This document shows, in pieces, positions 7,587-18,794 of a stretch of DNA of 54,464 bases (the first letter of the stretch is position 1; every line of letters starts with the position of its first letter). Source of the DNA: Parcubacteria group bacterium GW2011_GWA2_40_14. GTDB lineage: Bacteria > Patescibacteriota > Minisyncoccia > Phycocordibacterales > DATDWN01. Position numbers and translations under genes: made by a program. Below the pieces are notes generated by a model. The model saw nothing but the letters and a program-made list of their open reading frames with translations. It did not search any database and was not told where the DNA came from. The DNA lies in NCBI GenBank assembly GCA_000996025.1, contig LBYF01000003.1, forward strand, positions 1-54,464. The letters run 5' to 3'.

Positions 7587-8735
7587 CTAACCAGTTTTTT
7601 GACCTGTTACGACAATGTAAGCGCCGCCGTTCAGTGTCGAATCGGCCAACTGCTTATCCATCATCATGATTGACTTCTGGACCTCCGGCTGGTTTTCAAA
7701 AAGATCATTTGGCAAAATGGCACTAAGGGTCGGGTAGGTCTGAATCTCATCTATGGTAATTTTTCCTCTGACCAAATCGGAAATTTCACTCACAGAATAT
7801 GGTTTGGCATAAACCGACAGTGTTCGATTGCCTAAGTGAACATCGAGACATTCATCAATAGAATTTAGTTCCGCTGCCAATCCTGTTGACCACGGTATAA
7901 AGTCCCATCGATATCGAAGTGCTTCAACATTGTAAAACGAGAGTAGAAATCTGCCGTGCGGTACAAGAACTCTGCCAATTTCCTTCAGAACTCCTGATAT
8001 CTCTCTGATGTCGCTGGCTGTTCCAAGATTCATAACAGCAAACGACACAGAATTATCCGGCTCAGGAATTCCCTTTTGAATGTCTACAACACCGAAAGAA
8101 GCATTTTTTACACCGAAGTCATTCGCTCTCTTTTTTGCTTTTTCGATCATATCCTGGCTGACATCGTAGCCGATAACCCGCTCAAACCGACCAGCAAATT
8201 GAAAGGTTAGCCGTCCAGTGGCACATCCGAGATCAAGAAAAACATATCTGTTTGACAACTTTCGGAGTTCTTGTTCCAGCACTTCATTCTCGAATGCTAG
8301 GTAGTCATGTGTTGCAAAGAAAGCTTTGTCGTAATCAGTATCGTACGTTTTTGACCATCGCTTGGCCAAAACTAGTAGATTCCGATCGAGTGACTTTTGC
8401 CACTCGCTTTCAACAGCAGGGGTCTTTCCCTTTTTCTTTTTTCGGCTTGTTATGTTTTGCAACTGAATCATTTGTTGCTTGCATGACTCACCGATAATAG
8501 TGTAGAGAACTGTCTCGGCAAAATGAGGGTTCATCTTGTTTTTCCGAGCCCATATTCGAACTTGTGCAAGACGTTTGCTTTCGATCTTAGCCCTGAAAAT
8601 CTTTTCAGCCTTAGAAATCTTGTATTCTCCAACTTGAAGAGCCAAATCCATTCTTCTCTTCAAGAGAGCCATGAGCATCATGTCAACTTTGGCAAGGCGA
8701 CCACCAAGCTGACTGAGATTTAACAGCTTATGCAT
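7587..8735 (-). CDS. Chorismate mutase (AroQ-type) fused to a class I SAM-dependent methyltransferase
   Basis: The N-terminal ~95 aa LGGRLAKVDMMLMALLKRRMDLALQVGEYK...GESCKQQ carry the AroQ Arg/Arg/Lys/Ser/Gln pattern. The C-terminal part has VFLDLGCATGRL (motif I) and a Rossmann methyltransferase layout. GGAGG SD present. Lies 15 nt downstream of trpS. Confidence 0.7.
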   Translation of the reverse strand: MHKLLNLSQLGGRLAKVDMMLMALLKRRMDLALQVGEYKISKAEKIFRAKIESKRLAQVRIWARKNKMNPHFAETVLYTIIGESCKQQMIQLQNITSRKKKKGKTPAVESEWQKSLDRNLLVLAKRWSKTYDTDYDKAFFATHDYLAFENEVLEQELRKLSNRYVFLDLGCATGRLTFQFAGRFERVIGYDVSQDMIEKAKKRANDFGVKNASFGVVDIQKGIPEPDNSVSFAVMNLGTASDIREISGVLKEIGRVLVPHGRFLLSFYNVEALRYRWDFIPWSTGLAAELNSIDECLDVHLGNRTLSVYAKPYSVSEISDLVRGKITIDEIQTYPTLSAILPNDLFENQPEVQKSIMMMDKQLADSTLNGGAYIVVTGQKTG

Positions 8736-8750
8736 GATCTGACCTCCACT

Positions 8751-9746
8751 TCAATAAATGACGATTCCTATTTTTTCGCGGACTTCTTTTACTGTTTCAA
8801 TGATGAGCGCTCGAGCTTTTTTGCCACCCTCGTGGAGAACCTCTCGAACAAAATCGTTTTTGTCGACTATCTCTACACGAGCGGCTTGAAATGGTTCTAG
8901 AACTTTGGCAATGTTGTCCACAAGCTGATGTTTGCATTCAACACAACCAATTTCCGCTTTTAAACACGCATTGGCGATAGCTCGAATTTCAATTTCCCCA
9001 ACCGTTACCAATTCATGGACAGGATACACGGACTGGCACCTTTTGTATGGATCGCCTGGATCAGAACGAAGTTTGCGTTCAATGTCGGTAACGCCAAATT
9101 TCAGATATCGTTCACGTATGACTGGAATAGTCATACTGAGTTCGATAGCATTATCCGCGTCCGACTTGCTCATCTTTTTTCCATCCAGTCCTGGAACGCG
9201 AATCATTTCTGTCATCATTTCAGGAAGAATAAATGTCTCACCGAAACGATTATTGAATTTTCGAGCAAGAGATCTCGCAAGTTCAACATTAGGAACTTGA
9301 TCTTCTCCAACCGGAACAAGCGTTGCTTTAGGACCTAAAATATCAGCTGCCATAAGAACAGGATATGTCAAAAGTCCAAGGTTAACGTTGTCAGGATTTT
9401 TTTTGATCTTTTCCTTGAAAGTCGGAATTCGTTCGAGTTCCCCCACCTGCTGAATCATACTCAAATAGAGACACAACTCAGAGATTTCAGGAATACTTGA
9501 TTGAGCGTAAATAATCGACTGCTCTGGGTCAAGACCCGCCGCAATGTAATCCTTGACGATTTCAGTCAGATTACCCCGAATTTCTTCAGGGCTTTCCATT
9601 GTTGTCAGTGAATGCAAGTCAGCAATGAAATACATGCAAGTATTTCCTGGTTGCTGAAATTTCACAAAGTTGATGACGGCGCCAAGAAAGTTACCCAATT
9701 GTAATCTAGATGTGGCGCGAATACCGGACAAAACGATTTGTGACAT
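8751..9746 (-). CDS. trpS: Tryptophanyl-tRNA synthetase, full length, with a four-Cys motif
   Basis: LSGIRATSRLQLGNFLGA, GEDQVPNVELAR and KMSKS motifs. Cys237-x23-Cys261-x6-Cys268-x2-Cys271 in the C-terminal domain. Confidence 0.9.
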   Translation of the reverse strand: MSQIVLSGIRATSRLQLGNFLGAVINFVKFQQPGNTCMYFIADLHSLTTMESPEEIRGNLTEIVKDYIAAGLDPEQSIIYAQSSIPEISELCLYLSMIQQVGELERIPTFKEKIKKNPDNVNLGLLTYPVLMAADILGPKATLVPVGEDQVPNVELARSLARKFNNRFGETFILPEMMTEMIRVPGLDGKKMSKSDADNAIELSMTIPVIRERYLKFGVTDIERKLRSDPGDPYKRCQSVYPVHELVTVGEIEIRAIANACLKAEIGCVECKHQLVDNIAKVLEPFQAARVEIVDKNDFVREVLHEGGKKARALIIETVKEVREKIGIVIY

Positions 9747-10120
9747 TATTATCTCCTAGTTGTAAAGGTTATTTGTACTACAGACTCTAACTTGAGACTA
9801 TCATACAATAATGATGTTGTAAATGTGTTTATTTTTTCATATAACAAATCCAGGAAAATATCTCTCTCCTGCAATACGTCCTGGTGCATACTTCACATCT
9901 ATTTCCACCAATTCACCTGGCTGGTCAGTGTGGGCTGTTGGGATTGTGGCTATTGCCATGACCCTGCAGGGTATAGAACTCTGCTACAAAATATTTTGTG
10001 CTAAGAAATGAGAACTGGCGGTCGGGTAAAACCGGCCAGCCATTTTTTATTTACGATAAGCACGATACTGCTTCAAGTTGCACTTCGCTTGCTAGCTCAG
10101 TATCTAACGAAAACATGTCG

Positions 10121-12841
10121 CTACGCTCTGTGTTTTCGTAAGACCTTTTTCAAGTACGTGCCGGTGTACGATTTATCATTGTTGGCAATGTCTTCCGGTG
10201 TGCCTTTTGCCACCAAGTTTCCCCCACCATCGCCACCTTCGGGACCAATGTCCAAAATATAGTCGGATGATTTGATAACATCCATGTTATGCTCAATGAC
10301 GAGGACTGTGTTGCCTTTGTCCACCAATTTTTGCAAAATTTCAATTAATTTTTTAACATCTTCGTAGTGTAGACCGATAGTTGGCTCGTCCAAAAGGTAA
10401 ATGGTTTTCTGCAAATGCGGACGATAAAGCTCCGATGATATTTTAACACGCTGGGCTTCACCGCCAGAAAGCGTCGTGGCTGACTGACCGAGCTCAAGAT
10501 AGCCGAGACCGACATCGTCCATTGATTTCAATCTGTCATATATAGATGGAATATCTTCAAAAAACTTTAAGGATTCTTCCACTGTCATTTTCAATATTTC
10601 GTATATATTTTTCTTTTTATAATGTACTTCCAGAGTTTCTTTCATAAAACGCTTGCCTTTACAAACATCACACGGCACATACACAGTCGGCAGAAAGTGC
10701 ATTTCCACTTCTATTAGCCCATTCCCGCAGCAGGTTTCGCATCGACCACCTTTGACATTGAAAGAAAATCTGTTGGCCTTCCAACCGCGGGCGCGAGCTT
10801 CGGCTGTCTCGGCAAACAAATCACGTATAAATGTCCAGCTACCGGTGTATGTTGCCGGGTTTGAACGTGGGGTGCGACCTATGGGCGATTGGTCAATCAA
10901 GATGGCTCGTCCGAGATACTCCGTGCCAGTGAATGTTTTGCAGTTAAAAATTTCGGCAGAGCGATAGCGTCTTTCAAAACGAGCCTGCAAGTTTTTGTGT
11001 AAAATTTCGTAGACAAAAGATGATTTGCCCGAGCCGGAAACACCTGTAATGGTAATCAGTCGTCCGAGTGGTATGTCCACATTAAGATTTTTTATATTGA
11101 AAATTTTACCCCCACGAACCTGCAATTCACCCTTTTGATTATCCCTCCTTTTTTCTGGGACTTCTAGAACTTTATCTCCACGCAGATAATCAAGCGTCAG
11201 AGATTTTGATGGATTAGTTTTTGCAGTTATCAAATCGTCCAGATAGCCAGAAACAACCACATGGCCGCCGTGAACGCCCGCTCCCGGACCGATATCTACA
11301 ATATAGTCAGAAGCAAAAATTGTGTCCTCGTCGTGCTCAACTACAATAATAGTGTTACCTAAGTCTCGTAAATCAAGAAGGGTTTGGACAAGACGGTCGT
11401 TGTCGCGAGCGTGAAGGCCGATTGTCGGTTCATCAAGCACATACAAAGCCCCAACAAGCCCCGAGCCGAGCTGTGAAGCAAGTCTGATACGCTGTGCCTC
11501 GCCACCAGAAAGAGTGTGAGCCCGCCGGTCAAGCGAAAGATATTCAATACCGACATTTATCATAAACAGAAGGCGAGCTTCTATTTCCCTCATGACCACT
11601 TTGGAGATATTTTTCTCACGAACAGTTAATTTGAGGTTAGTAGCAAAGTCATAAGCATCTTTTATAGACATCACCGTCAGTTCCACAATATTCTTTTTAC
11701 CAATCAAAACATGTAGAGCTTCTGGACGCAGTCTCGCACCTTTACAGACAGGACAGGGTTCTTTACCGAAAAAGTGACGCGTACCGAGACCATTACATTC
11801 TGGACATGCGCCATATGGAGAGTTAAATGAAAACAATCTTGGTTCAACCTCTGGATATGAGTAGCCATCCTTTGGACAGGATAGTTTTGATGATAAAAAT
11901 ATCACATCATCAATTTCCGCCTTCGGCGGAGCCACATCCACACTGTTATATTTATTTTTCGGGATATTTCCTGCTTCGCTGGAAATATCCCGAAAAATTA
12001 TTTTAACCTGACCATCTGACTCATGAAGAGCTTTTTCCAAAGATTCGGACAAACGCTCATCGGCGGACTTTGGGTCTGTTTTAAAATCAAGAAGAGAAAT
12101 ACTGTCCACAAGCACATCTATTATATGCCGTTTTGTTTTTGAAAGTTCCACGCGGTCTCGTAGGCTTTTTCTCTCGCCGTCAACAAGAATGTGTGAGTAG
12201 CCCTTGCCGAGCAAATCGTAGAGAAGCTGATAGTATTCACCTTTCCTGCCCTTGACCACCGGAGCAAATATTTCAAGATACACTGGTAAAGGAATTTTTG
12301 ACTTGCTAACACTGGGTGTTAGCAAACGCTTTTGTTGAGCCATTTTTTCTGAAATTCTTTCAGAAATGAAGTTTTTTATTTCTTCGTTTGAAAGTTTGGT
12401 GATTTCTTCTCCGCAGACGAGACAGTGGGGGTGTCCGATACGAGCATATAAAATACGTAGATAATCGTAGATTTCGGTGATGGTTGCCACGGTTGAACGC
12501 GGATTGTTTGAACGGGACTTTTGGTCAATAGAAATAGCTGGGGATAATCCCACTATTTCGTCCACATCCGGCTTTTGCATCTGTCTCAAAAACTGCCGAG
12601 CATATGAAGATAGTGACTCAACATATCGTCTCTGACCTTCAGCAAAAATCGTATCAAAAGCTAGAGACGATTTACCTGAACCTGACAGACCCGTAAAAAC
12701 CACCATCTTATTTCTCGGCATTTCTACAGTAATATTTTTCAGGTTATGCGTCCGCGCTCCTTTAACTATGATTAAATCTTGATTTGCTTTTTTACCGAAG
12801 TGCCCTTTTTCTTCAGAGTTTCTGGTCAAGACTCTCATCAC
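10121..12841 (-). CDS. uvrA: Excinuclease ABC subunit A
   Basis: Two ABC ATPase modules ([26 protein letters not shown] twice) and zinc-finger Cys pairs. The start overlaps the upstream 74-aa ORF by 29 nt. Confidence 0.95.
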   Translation of the reverse strand: MMRVLTRNSEEKGHFGKKANQDLIIVKGARTHNLKNITVEMPRNKMVVFTGLSGSGKSSLAFDTIFAEGQRRYVESLSSYARQFLRQMQKPDVDEIVGLSPAISIDQKSRSNNPRSTVATITEIYDYLRILYARIGHPHCLVCGEEITKLSNEEIKNFISERISEKMAQQKRLLTPSVSKSKIPLPVYLEIFAPVVKGRKGEYYQLLYDLLGKGYSHILVDGERKSLRDRVELSKTKRHIIDVLVDSISLLDFKTDPKSADERLSESLEKALHESDGQVKIIFRDISSEAGNIPKNKYNSVDVAPPKAEIDDVIFLSSKLSCPKDGYSYPEVEPRLFSFNSPYGACPECNGLGTRHFFGKEPCPVCKGARLRPEALHVLIGKKNIVELTVMSIKDAYDFATNLKLTVREKNISKVVMREIEARLLFMINVGIEYLSLDRRAHTLSGGEAQRIRLASQLGSGLVGALYVLDEPTIGLHARDNDRLVQTLLDLRDLGNTIIVVEHDEDTIFASDYIVDIGPGAGVHGGHVVVSGYLDDLITAKTNPSKSLTLDYLRGDKVLEVPEKRRDNQKGELQVRGGKIFNIKNLNVDIPLGRLITITGVSGSGKSSFVYEILHKNLQARFERRYRSAEIFNCKTFTGTEYLGRAILIDQSPIGRTPRSNPATYTGSWTFIRDLFAETAEARARGWKANRFSFNVKGGRCETCCGNGLIEVEMHFLPTVYVPCDVCKGKRFMKETLEVHYKKKNIYEILKMTVEESLKFFEDIPSIYDRLKSMDDVGLGYLELGQSATTLSGGEAQRVKISSELYRPHLQKTIYLLDEPTIGLHYEDVKKLIEILQKLVDKGNTVLVIEHNMDVIKSSDYILDIGPEGGDGGGNLVAKGTPEDIANNDKSYTGTYLKKVLRKHRA
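11955..11997. repeat. 43-nt perfect hairpin inside uvrA coding sequence
   Basis: TTTTTCGGGATATTTCC (11955-11971), loop TGCTTCGCT, GGAAATATCCCGAAAAA (11981-11997). Read in frame as [15 protein letters not shown]. Confidence 0.9.
12303..12325. repeat. 23-nt palindromic element, family B, in-frame in uvrA
   Basis: TTGCTAACAC-TGG-GTGTTAGCAA. An identical copy sits at 24462-24484 in an unrelated methyltransferase. Both encode LLTPSVSK. Confidence 0.9.
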
Positions 12842-13037
12842 AGATCTGATCAGGGTTTGTGAGCAAATCTGGTGTATTGCGGTTCAGTAAGTTCACCAGT
12901 TCCGTCGCAACCTTTTGATCATAACATATTGCGACTCGTACCTCTTTCGCATCAGTAACAAGAAATCTTTGAGAACCAAACTCCCCTCGCCCATAGTCCT
13001 GGCAAGAAAATGGGGTTGTCATTTCAGATATACTCAT
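12813..13037 (-). CDS. Hypothetical protein (74 aa) between uvrB and uvrA
   Basis: GGAGG SD 8 nt upstream of the ATG. Locally higher GC. No motif recognised. Confidence 0.5.
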   Translation of the reverse strand: MSISEMTTPFSCQDYGRGEFGSQRFLVTDAKEVRVAICYDQKVATELVNLLNRNTPDLLTNPDQICDESLDQKL

Positions 13038-13054
13038 CTAAGAACCTCCTAAAC

Positions 13055-15193
<2,139 letters not shown>

Positions 15194-15214
15194 TAGAGCA
15201 CTATAACATAAAAA

Positions 15215-16033
15215 CTATTTACGATTTTCAGATATAACTTCTTTTATCTCTTCTAAAATATCATCCAGAGTAACCGTGGCTTTGACAAGGAAGCGCGCGG
15301 CACCGAGAGATTTTGCTTTTTTATTATTGGACTGCTGACCTAAATTGGACAGCATAATAACAGGAATGCGTTTTATTTTCTTGTCTGATTTTATCTTTTT
15401 TAAAATCTCAAAACCATCCATACCCGGCAGAATAATATCCAAAAGAATAATGTCCGGCATTTTCTCGGATATCATTTGCAGAGATTCTTCACCATTAGTG
15501 GAATGAAAAAAAACACATTTTGTAGAAGTCAGTTTTCGTGAAATAATATCATTAAGAAATTTATCATCTTCCACCCACATAATTTTCTTTCCTTCCAAAC
15601 TGACATCTTGTCCTTTTGATAAGGCATTTCCATCTGCATCAGTCTGTATGTCATTTGCCATATCGCCTTTACGCAACTGTGAGCGAACTTTGACCATAAC
15701 TTCTTCTGGGTCAAATTGAGCTTTGACCAAATAGTCTTTGACACCTAAAGCAAGGACGCGGTTTATTTCTACTGGCTGGCCGGAGTTAGAAATAACAATA
15801 ACAGGAATGTCGGCGATGCTGTCGTCTTTGGCTTTTGCCTCCAAGATTTCGTAACCGTTCATGTTTGGTAAAATAATATCTAACAATATAAGGTCAGGCT
15901 TCTCTAGACGGATTTTCTGAAAACCGTCCGCCCCATCACGAGCCAGAGTGGTTTCAAATCCCTCTTTGACCATTTTTTGAACCAGAACATCTCCCAAAAA
16001 AACATCGTCCTCAATAATTAAAATTTTTTTCAT
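15215..16033 (-). CDS. Response regulator with two receiver domains and no output domain
   Basis: Two REC modules (ILIIEDD...DLILLDIILPNMNG...KAQ and IMWVEDD...DIILLDIILPGMDG...KAT). Confidence 0.85.
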   Translation of the reverse strand: MKKILIIEDDVFLGDVLVQKMVKEGFETTLARDGADGFQKIRLEKPDLILLDIILPNMNGYEILEAKAKDDSIADIPVIVISNSGQPVEINRVLALGVKDYLVKAQFDPEEVMVKVRSQLRKGDMANDIQTDADGNALSKGQDVSLEGKKIMWVEDDKFLNDIISRKLTSTKCVFFHSTNGEESLQMISEKMPDIILLDIILPGMDGFEILKKIKSDKKIKRIPVIMLSNLGQQSNNKKAKSLGAARFLVKATVTLDDILEEIKEVISENRK

Positions 16034-16050
16034 TCCGTATTAAATTAAAA

Positions 16051-16893
16051 TTAATTTTTCTTTATATCTTCTATTTTTATAGGCACAGTAAAATAAAATG
16101 TTGTGCCTTTATTCTCCTCACTTTCAAACCAAATCGTTCCGCCATGTTTTTCCACAATTGTTTTAGCAATATAAAGTCCAAGTCCTGACCCATCCGTCTC
16201 ACGCTTGACAGCGTTGCGTCCGCGGAAAAATCTTTCAAAAATCTTTTTCTTCTGGTCTTCTGGAATACCAATGCCAGTATCGTTAATAGATATCTGGAGC
16301 ATATCCTCCACTTGTTCCACATCCAACACAATTTTGCCACTTTCAATTGTATACTTTATAGCATTTTCCAGCAAATTTTGAAGTGCTGCCCTCATCGTTT
16401 CCGGGTCAACGTAGACTTGTGGTAAATTTTCTAACTTGCGTTTAAACTCTATAGAGATGTTTCTCTTTATGGCTTCTGGACTAATTTCAAACAAAACATT
16501 ATCCAAAAGATCTACAATGTTGATATATCTAAATCCATAATGCATTTTGCCAGACTGTATCCTGTCAGTGTCTAGCATGTCGTTAATCAAAGTTATCATG
16601 CGATTATTGCTCTCATAACTTTTCATAAGAAAGGTCTTCTGGTCATTATTGAGAGCTCCCAAGTCCCCGTTCAGAAGCATATTTAGTGTCCACTTGATTC
16701 CAGAGAGCGGTGTACGAAGCTGGTGAGCCACCACAGAAATAAAATTTGATTTGATTTCATCAAATTCTTGCAGTTTTTCATTTGCCCTAGCAAGTTCAAG
16801 GTCGCGACGGACAAGCAAACGCGCGCTCTGCTGTTGTTCTTTCAGTAATTCCTCCAGTTGTTTGATTCGCTCTGTACCGTTTTTTTCATCCAT
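16051..16893 (-). CDS. Cytoplasmic histidine kinase (HisKA + HATPase_c)
   Basis: H-box FISVVAHQLRTPLSGI, N/G boxes (NLLENAIKYT, DTGIGIP, GSGLGLYI). Coiled-coil N-terminus and no TM segment. Confidence 0.85.
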   Translation of the reverse strand: MDEKNGTERIKQLEELLKEQQQSARLLVRRDLELARANEKLQEFDEIKSNFISVVAHQLRTPLSGIKWTLNMLLNGDLGALNNDQKTFLMKSYESNNRMITLINDMLDTDRIQSGKMHYGFRYINIVDLLDNVLFEISPEAIKRNISIEFKRKLENLPQVYVDPETMRAALQNLLENAIKYTIESGKIVLDVEQVEDMLQISINDTGIGIPEDQKKKIFERFFRGRNAVKRETDGSGLGLYIAKTIVEKHGGTIWFESEENKGTTFYFTVPIKIEDIKKN

Positions 16894-16911
16894 TATTTTT
16901 AGGGCAAATTC

Positions 16912-18111
16912 TTAATCTGCAAGTACACAAATAACCACCGTTTCATTGTGGAATGCCGAGTTGCACTTTTCTATATTTTTAACTTCTCCCCCAAGAGGAG
17001 CTTGTTCGCCATAAGTATAAAAACCGATAAGCGGAACCTGATTACCGATGGCTTCTTGAATAGCTTTAATTTCATCACCAGACTTGTCGCCAAAAAGTTT
17101 ATTTCTAGCAATGCAATTGAATATAATAACAGCTTTTGGTGCGCTACCTTCCAGCTGTTCCATGGCGTTTAGGGCAGCGGCTTTGGCTACCTTTACTGCT
17201 TCGTCGCGACTACCAACCATTAGACGAATTTCCGAGCCCTCTGGAATTTCTGCTGCGCAGGTGATAGAACCATGCTCATCTACCGTGATAGGGTCACGGA
17301 TAAGGAGCTCGTCAGACCCAGCCACTTTCATACCCAGAGGATAAGTGATAGCAAGCTTTGCCAATGTTTCCGTACGCAAAACTTTTGCTTCTTCTTCGCC
17401 AAAATAATCCTCGTAAATTTTAATTGCCGGCTTGCCATCTATTTCATGTATGACCGAACCGCTAGATTTTGTTACTGTCACCGGTTCACCAACAGGTATC
17501 CAGCCATGCTTTACTCCAATTCCTATTTTAAAGTTACCTGTCAAGCCAAGTCCAACTACTGCTCCAGAATAAACCTTATCATTTAGATATTGATATGTTT
17601 TTTTGAAAGCAAAATCGTCGCCTGATGCTCCGCCAACAACCGGAAAATGAGTGCCTAGAGAATCCAGAACTCCACGCACAATGTCAGCGCCATTACCAGC
17701 AAGAACATCTGGAATCATCAGGAATGCCTTTAAGGCCGGACCAGCTTCTGCTTTTACTTTATCTGCCGCCTCCTTTCCAGCCGCTCTTGGATTAACTTTG
17801 ATATTTTCTCCAACACCTGTAAAATATTTAATTTCTGGAGATTTAATAGCCATAACAACCACTGAGTTATCTTTAAGTGGACCTTGTGTAGTAATCTCTC
17901 CAGATGTTGATGAGCCAACAAGCATAGCCTCTGGGGCAACCGAACGCACACCTTGCAACATCTTTTCCTGGTCGTATTTGACCGATGAAAAAACGATAAG
18001 TAAATCTGGATTTTTTTCACTAAGTTGGTCTATTGCATCCTGACAGGCATTTGCTCCGACTGTGTATGAGTCATCACCTTGACCTACTCCGACACTTGCA
18101 TTTATTCCCAT
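16912..18111 (-). CDS. FIST-domain sensory protein
   Basis: Layout and blocks typical of FIST_N/FIST_C (LIVFSSVKYDQEKML...GSSTSGEI...FYTYGEQAP). First gene of the operon with the kinase and the double-REC protein. Confidence 0.75.
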   Translation of the reverse strand: MGINASVGVGQGDDSYTVGANACQDAIDQLSEKNPDLLIVFSSVKYDQEKMLQGVRSVAPEAMLVGSSTSGEITTQGPLKDNSVVVMAIKSPEIKYFTGVGENIKVNPRAAGKEAADKVKAEAGPALKAFLMIPDVLAGNGADIVRGVLDSLGTHFPVVGGASGDDFAFKKTYQYLNDKVYSGAVVGLGLTGNFKIGIGVKHGWIPVGEPVTVTKSSGSVIHEIDGKPAIKIYEDYFGEEEAKVLRTETLAKLAITYPLGMKVAGSDELLIRDPITVDEHGSITCAAEIPEGSEIRLMVGSRDEAVKVAKAAALNAMEQLEGSAPKAVIIFNCIARNKLFGDKSGDEIKAIQEAIGNQVPLIGFYTYGEQAPLGGEVKNIEKCNSAFHNETVVICVLAD

Positions 18112-18244
18112 GATAAAAATATTAACTAATAATTAGTTTATTATACCATAATACTGCAAAAGAAAGTCATTTTTATATGTGGAAAAATCTCCAGTCTGTA
18201 TAGTTTCTCGCATACCGTCCACCATGTGGAAAATAAAATATAAA

Positions 18245-18703
18245 TTATTGTTGCTCTACTTTCAGAAGTTCCACCTCAAAAATCAAAGTTGAACCGCCGG
18301 CAATAGGACCGTAATCACTCATGCCGTATCCAAGTTCTGGTGGAATAGTCAGAGTTCTTTTACCACCAACACGCATTCCTAGAATACCCTCGTCCCATCC
18401 TTTGATAACCGCTCCGCTACCCAAGACAAACTGAAGCGGCTCCTTTCTAGCCACAGATGAGTCAAAAATAGTACCGTCAACAAAGCGACCAACATAGTGC
18501 ACAGTGATTCTATTGCCGGCCATTGCTCCATCGCCCGTTCCATATGCCGTATCTTCCATCAAAACTTCTGGTCCTTCTTCCATCATAGTTATTTTATTGT
18601 TATTAAAATAAGAAACCAATCCTTCTCCAAAAATAAAAAAGAAACCTATTACAAATACTGCCACTACTACTGCCACCCATTCTTTTTGTGATAATGTTTT
18701 CAT
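18245..18703 (-). CDS. Membrane-anchored FKBP-type peptidyl-prolyl isomerase
   Basis: N-terminal TM helix, then VHYVGRFVDGTIFDSS...GSGAVIKGWDEGILGMRVGGKRTLTIPPELGYG. Confidence 0.85.
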   Translation of the reverse strand: MKTLSQKEWVAVVVAVFVIGFFFIFGEGLVSYFNNNKITMMEEGPEVLMEDTAYGTGDGAMAGNRITVHYVGRFVDGTIFDSSVARKEPLQFVLGSGAVIKGWDEGILGMRVGGKRTLTIPPELGYGMSDYGPIAGGSTLIFEVELLKVEQQ

Positions 18704-18794
18704 GCCTATAGTATATTATGTTTCAAATTTAATGTAAAATGGGAAAATGAGAAAAGTAAAACCTACTCCTGCCATCGTGTCCAACACATACCCT

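Noticed and set aside
9747-10120. Possible T-box or other known leader upstream of trpS
   Set aside because: No GGTGGNACC core and no antiterminator/terminator alternative could be drawn. Only a generic hairpin after uvrA and some GC-rich helices are present. Kept only as a low-interest observation.
9792-10262. Plus-strand ORFs 9792..10004, 9823..10011 and 10008..10262
   Set aside because: There is no SD. The last one overlaps the uvrA 3' end antisense. The first two are mutually overlapping frames in the GC-rich spacer, and a minus-strand reading looks more protein-like.
15700-15725. GGTCAAA-TTGAGC-TTTGACC hairpin inside the response-regulator gene as another palindromic insertion
   Set aside because: It encodes VKAQFDP, the conserved (L)VKP(F)D block at the end of receiver domains. 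It is therefore native sequence rather than an insertion.
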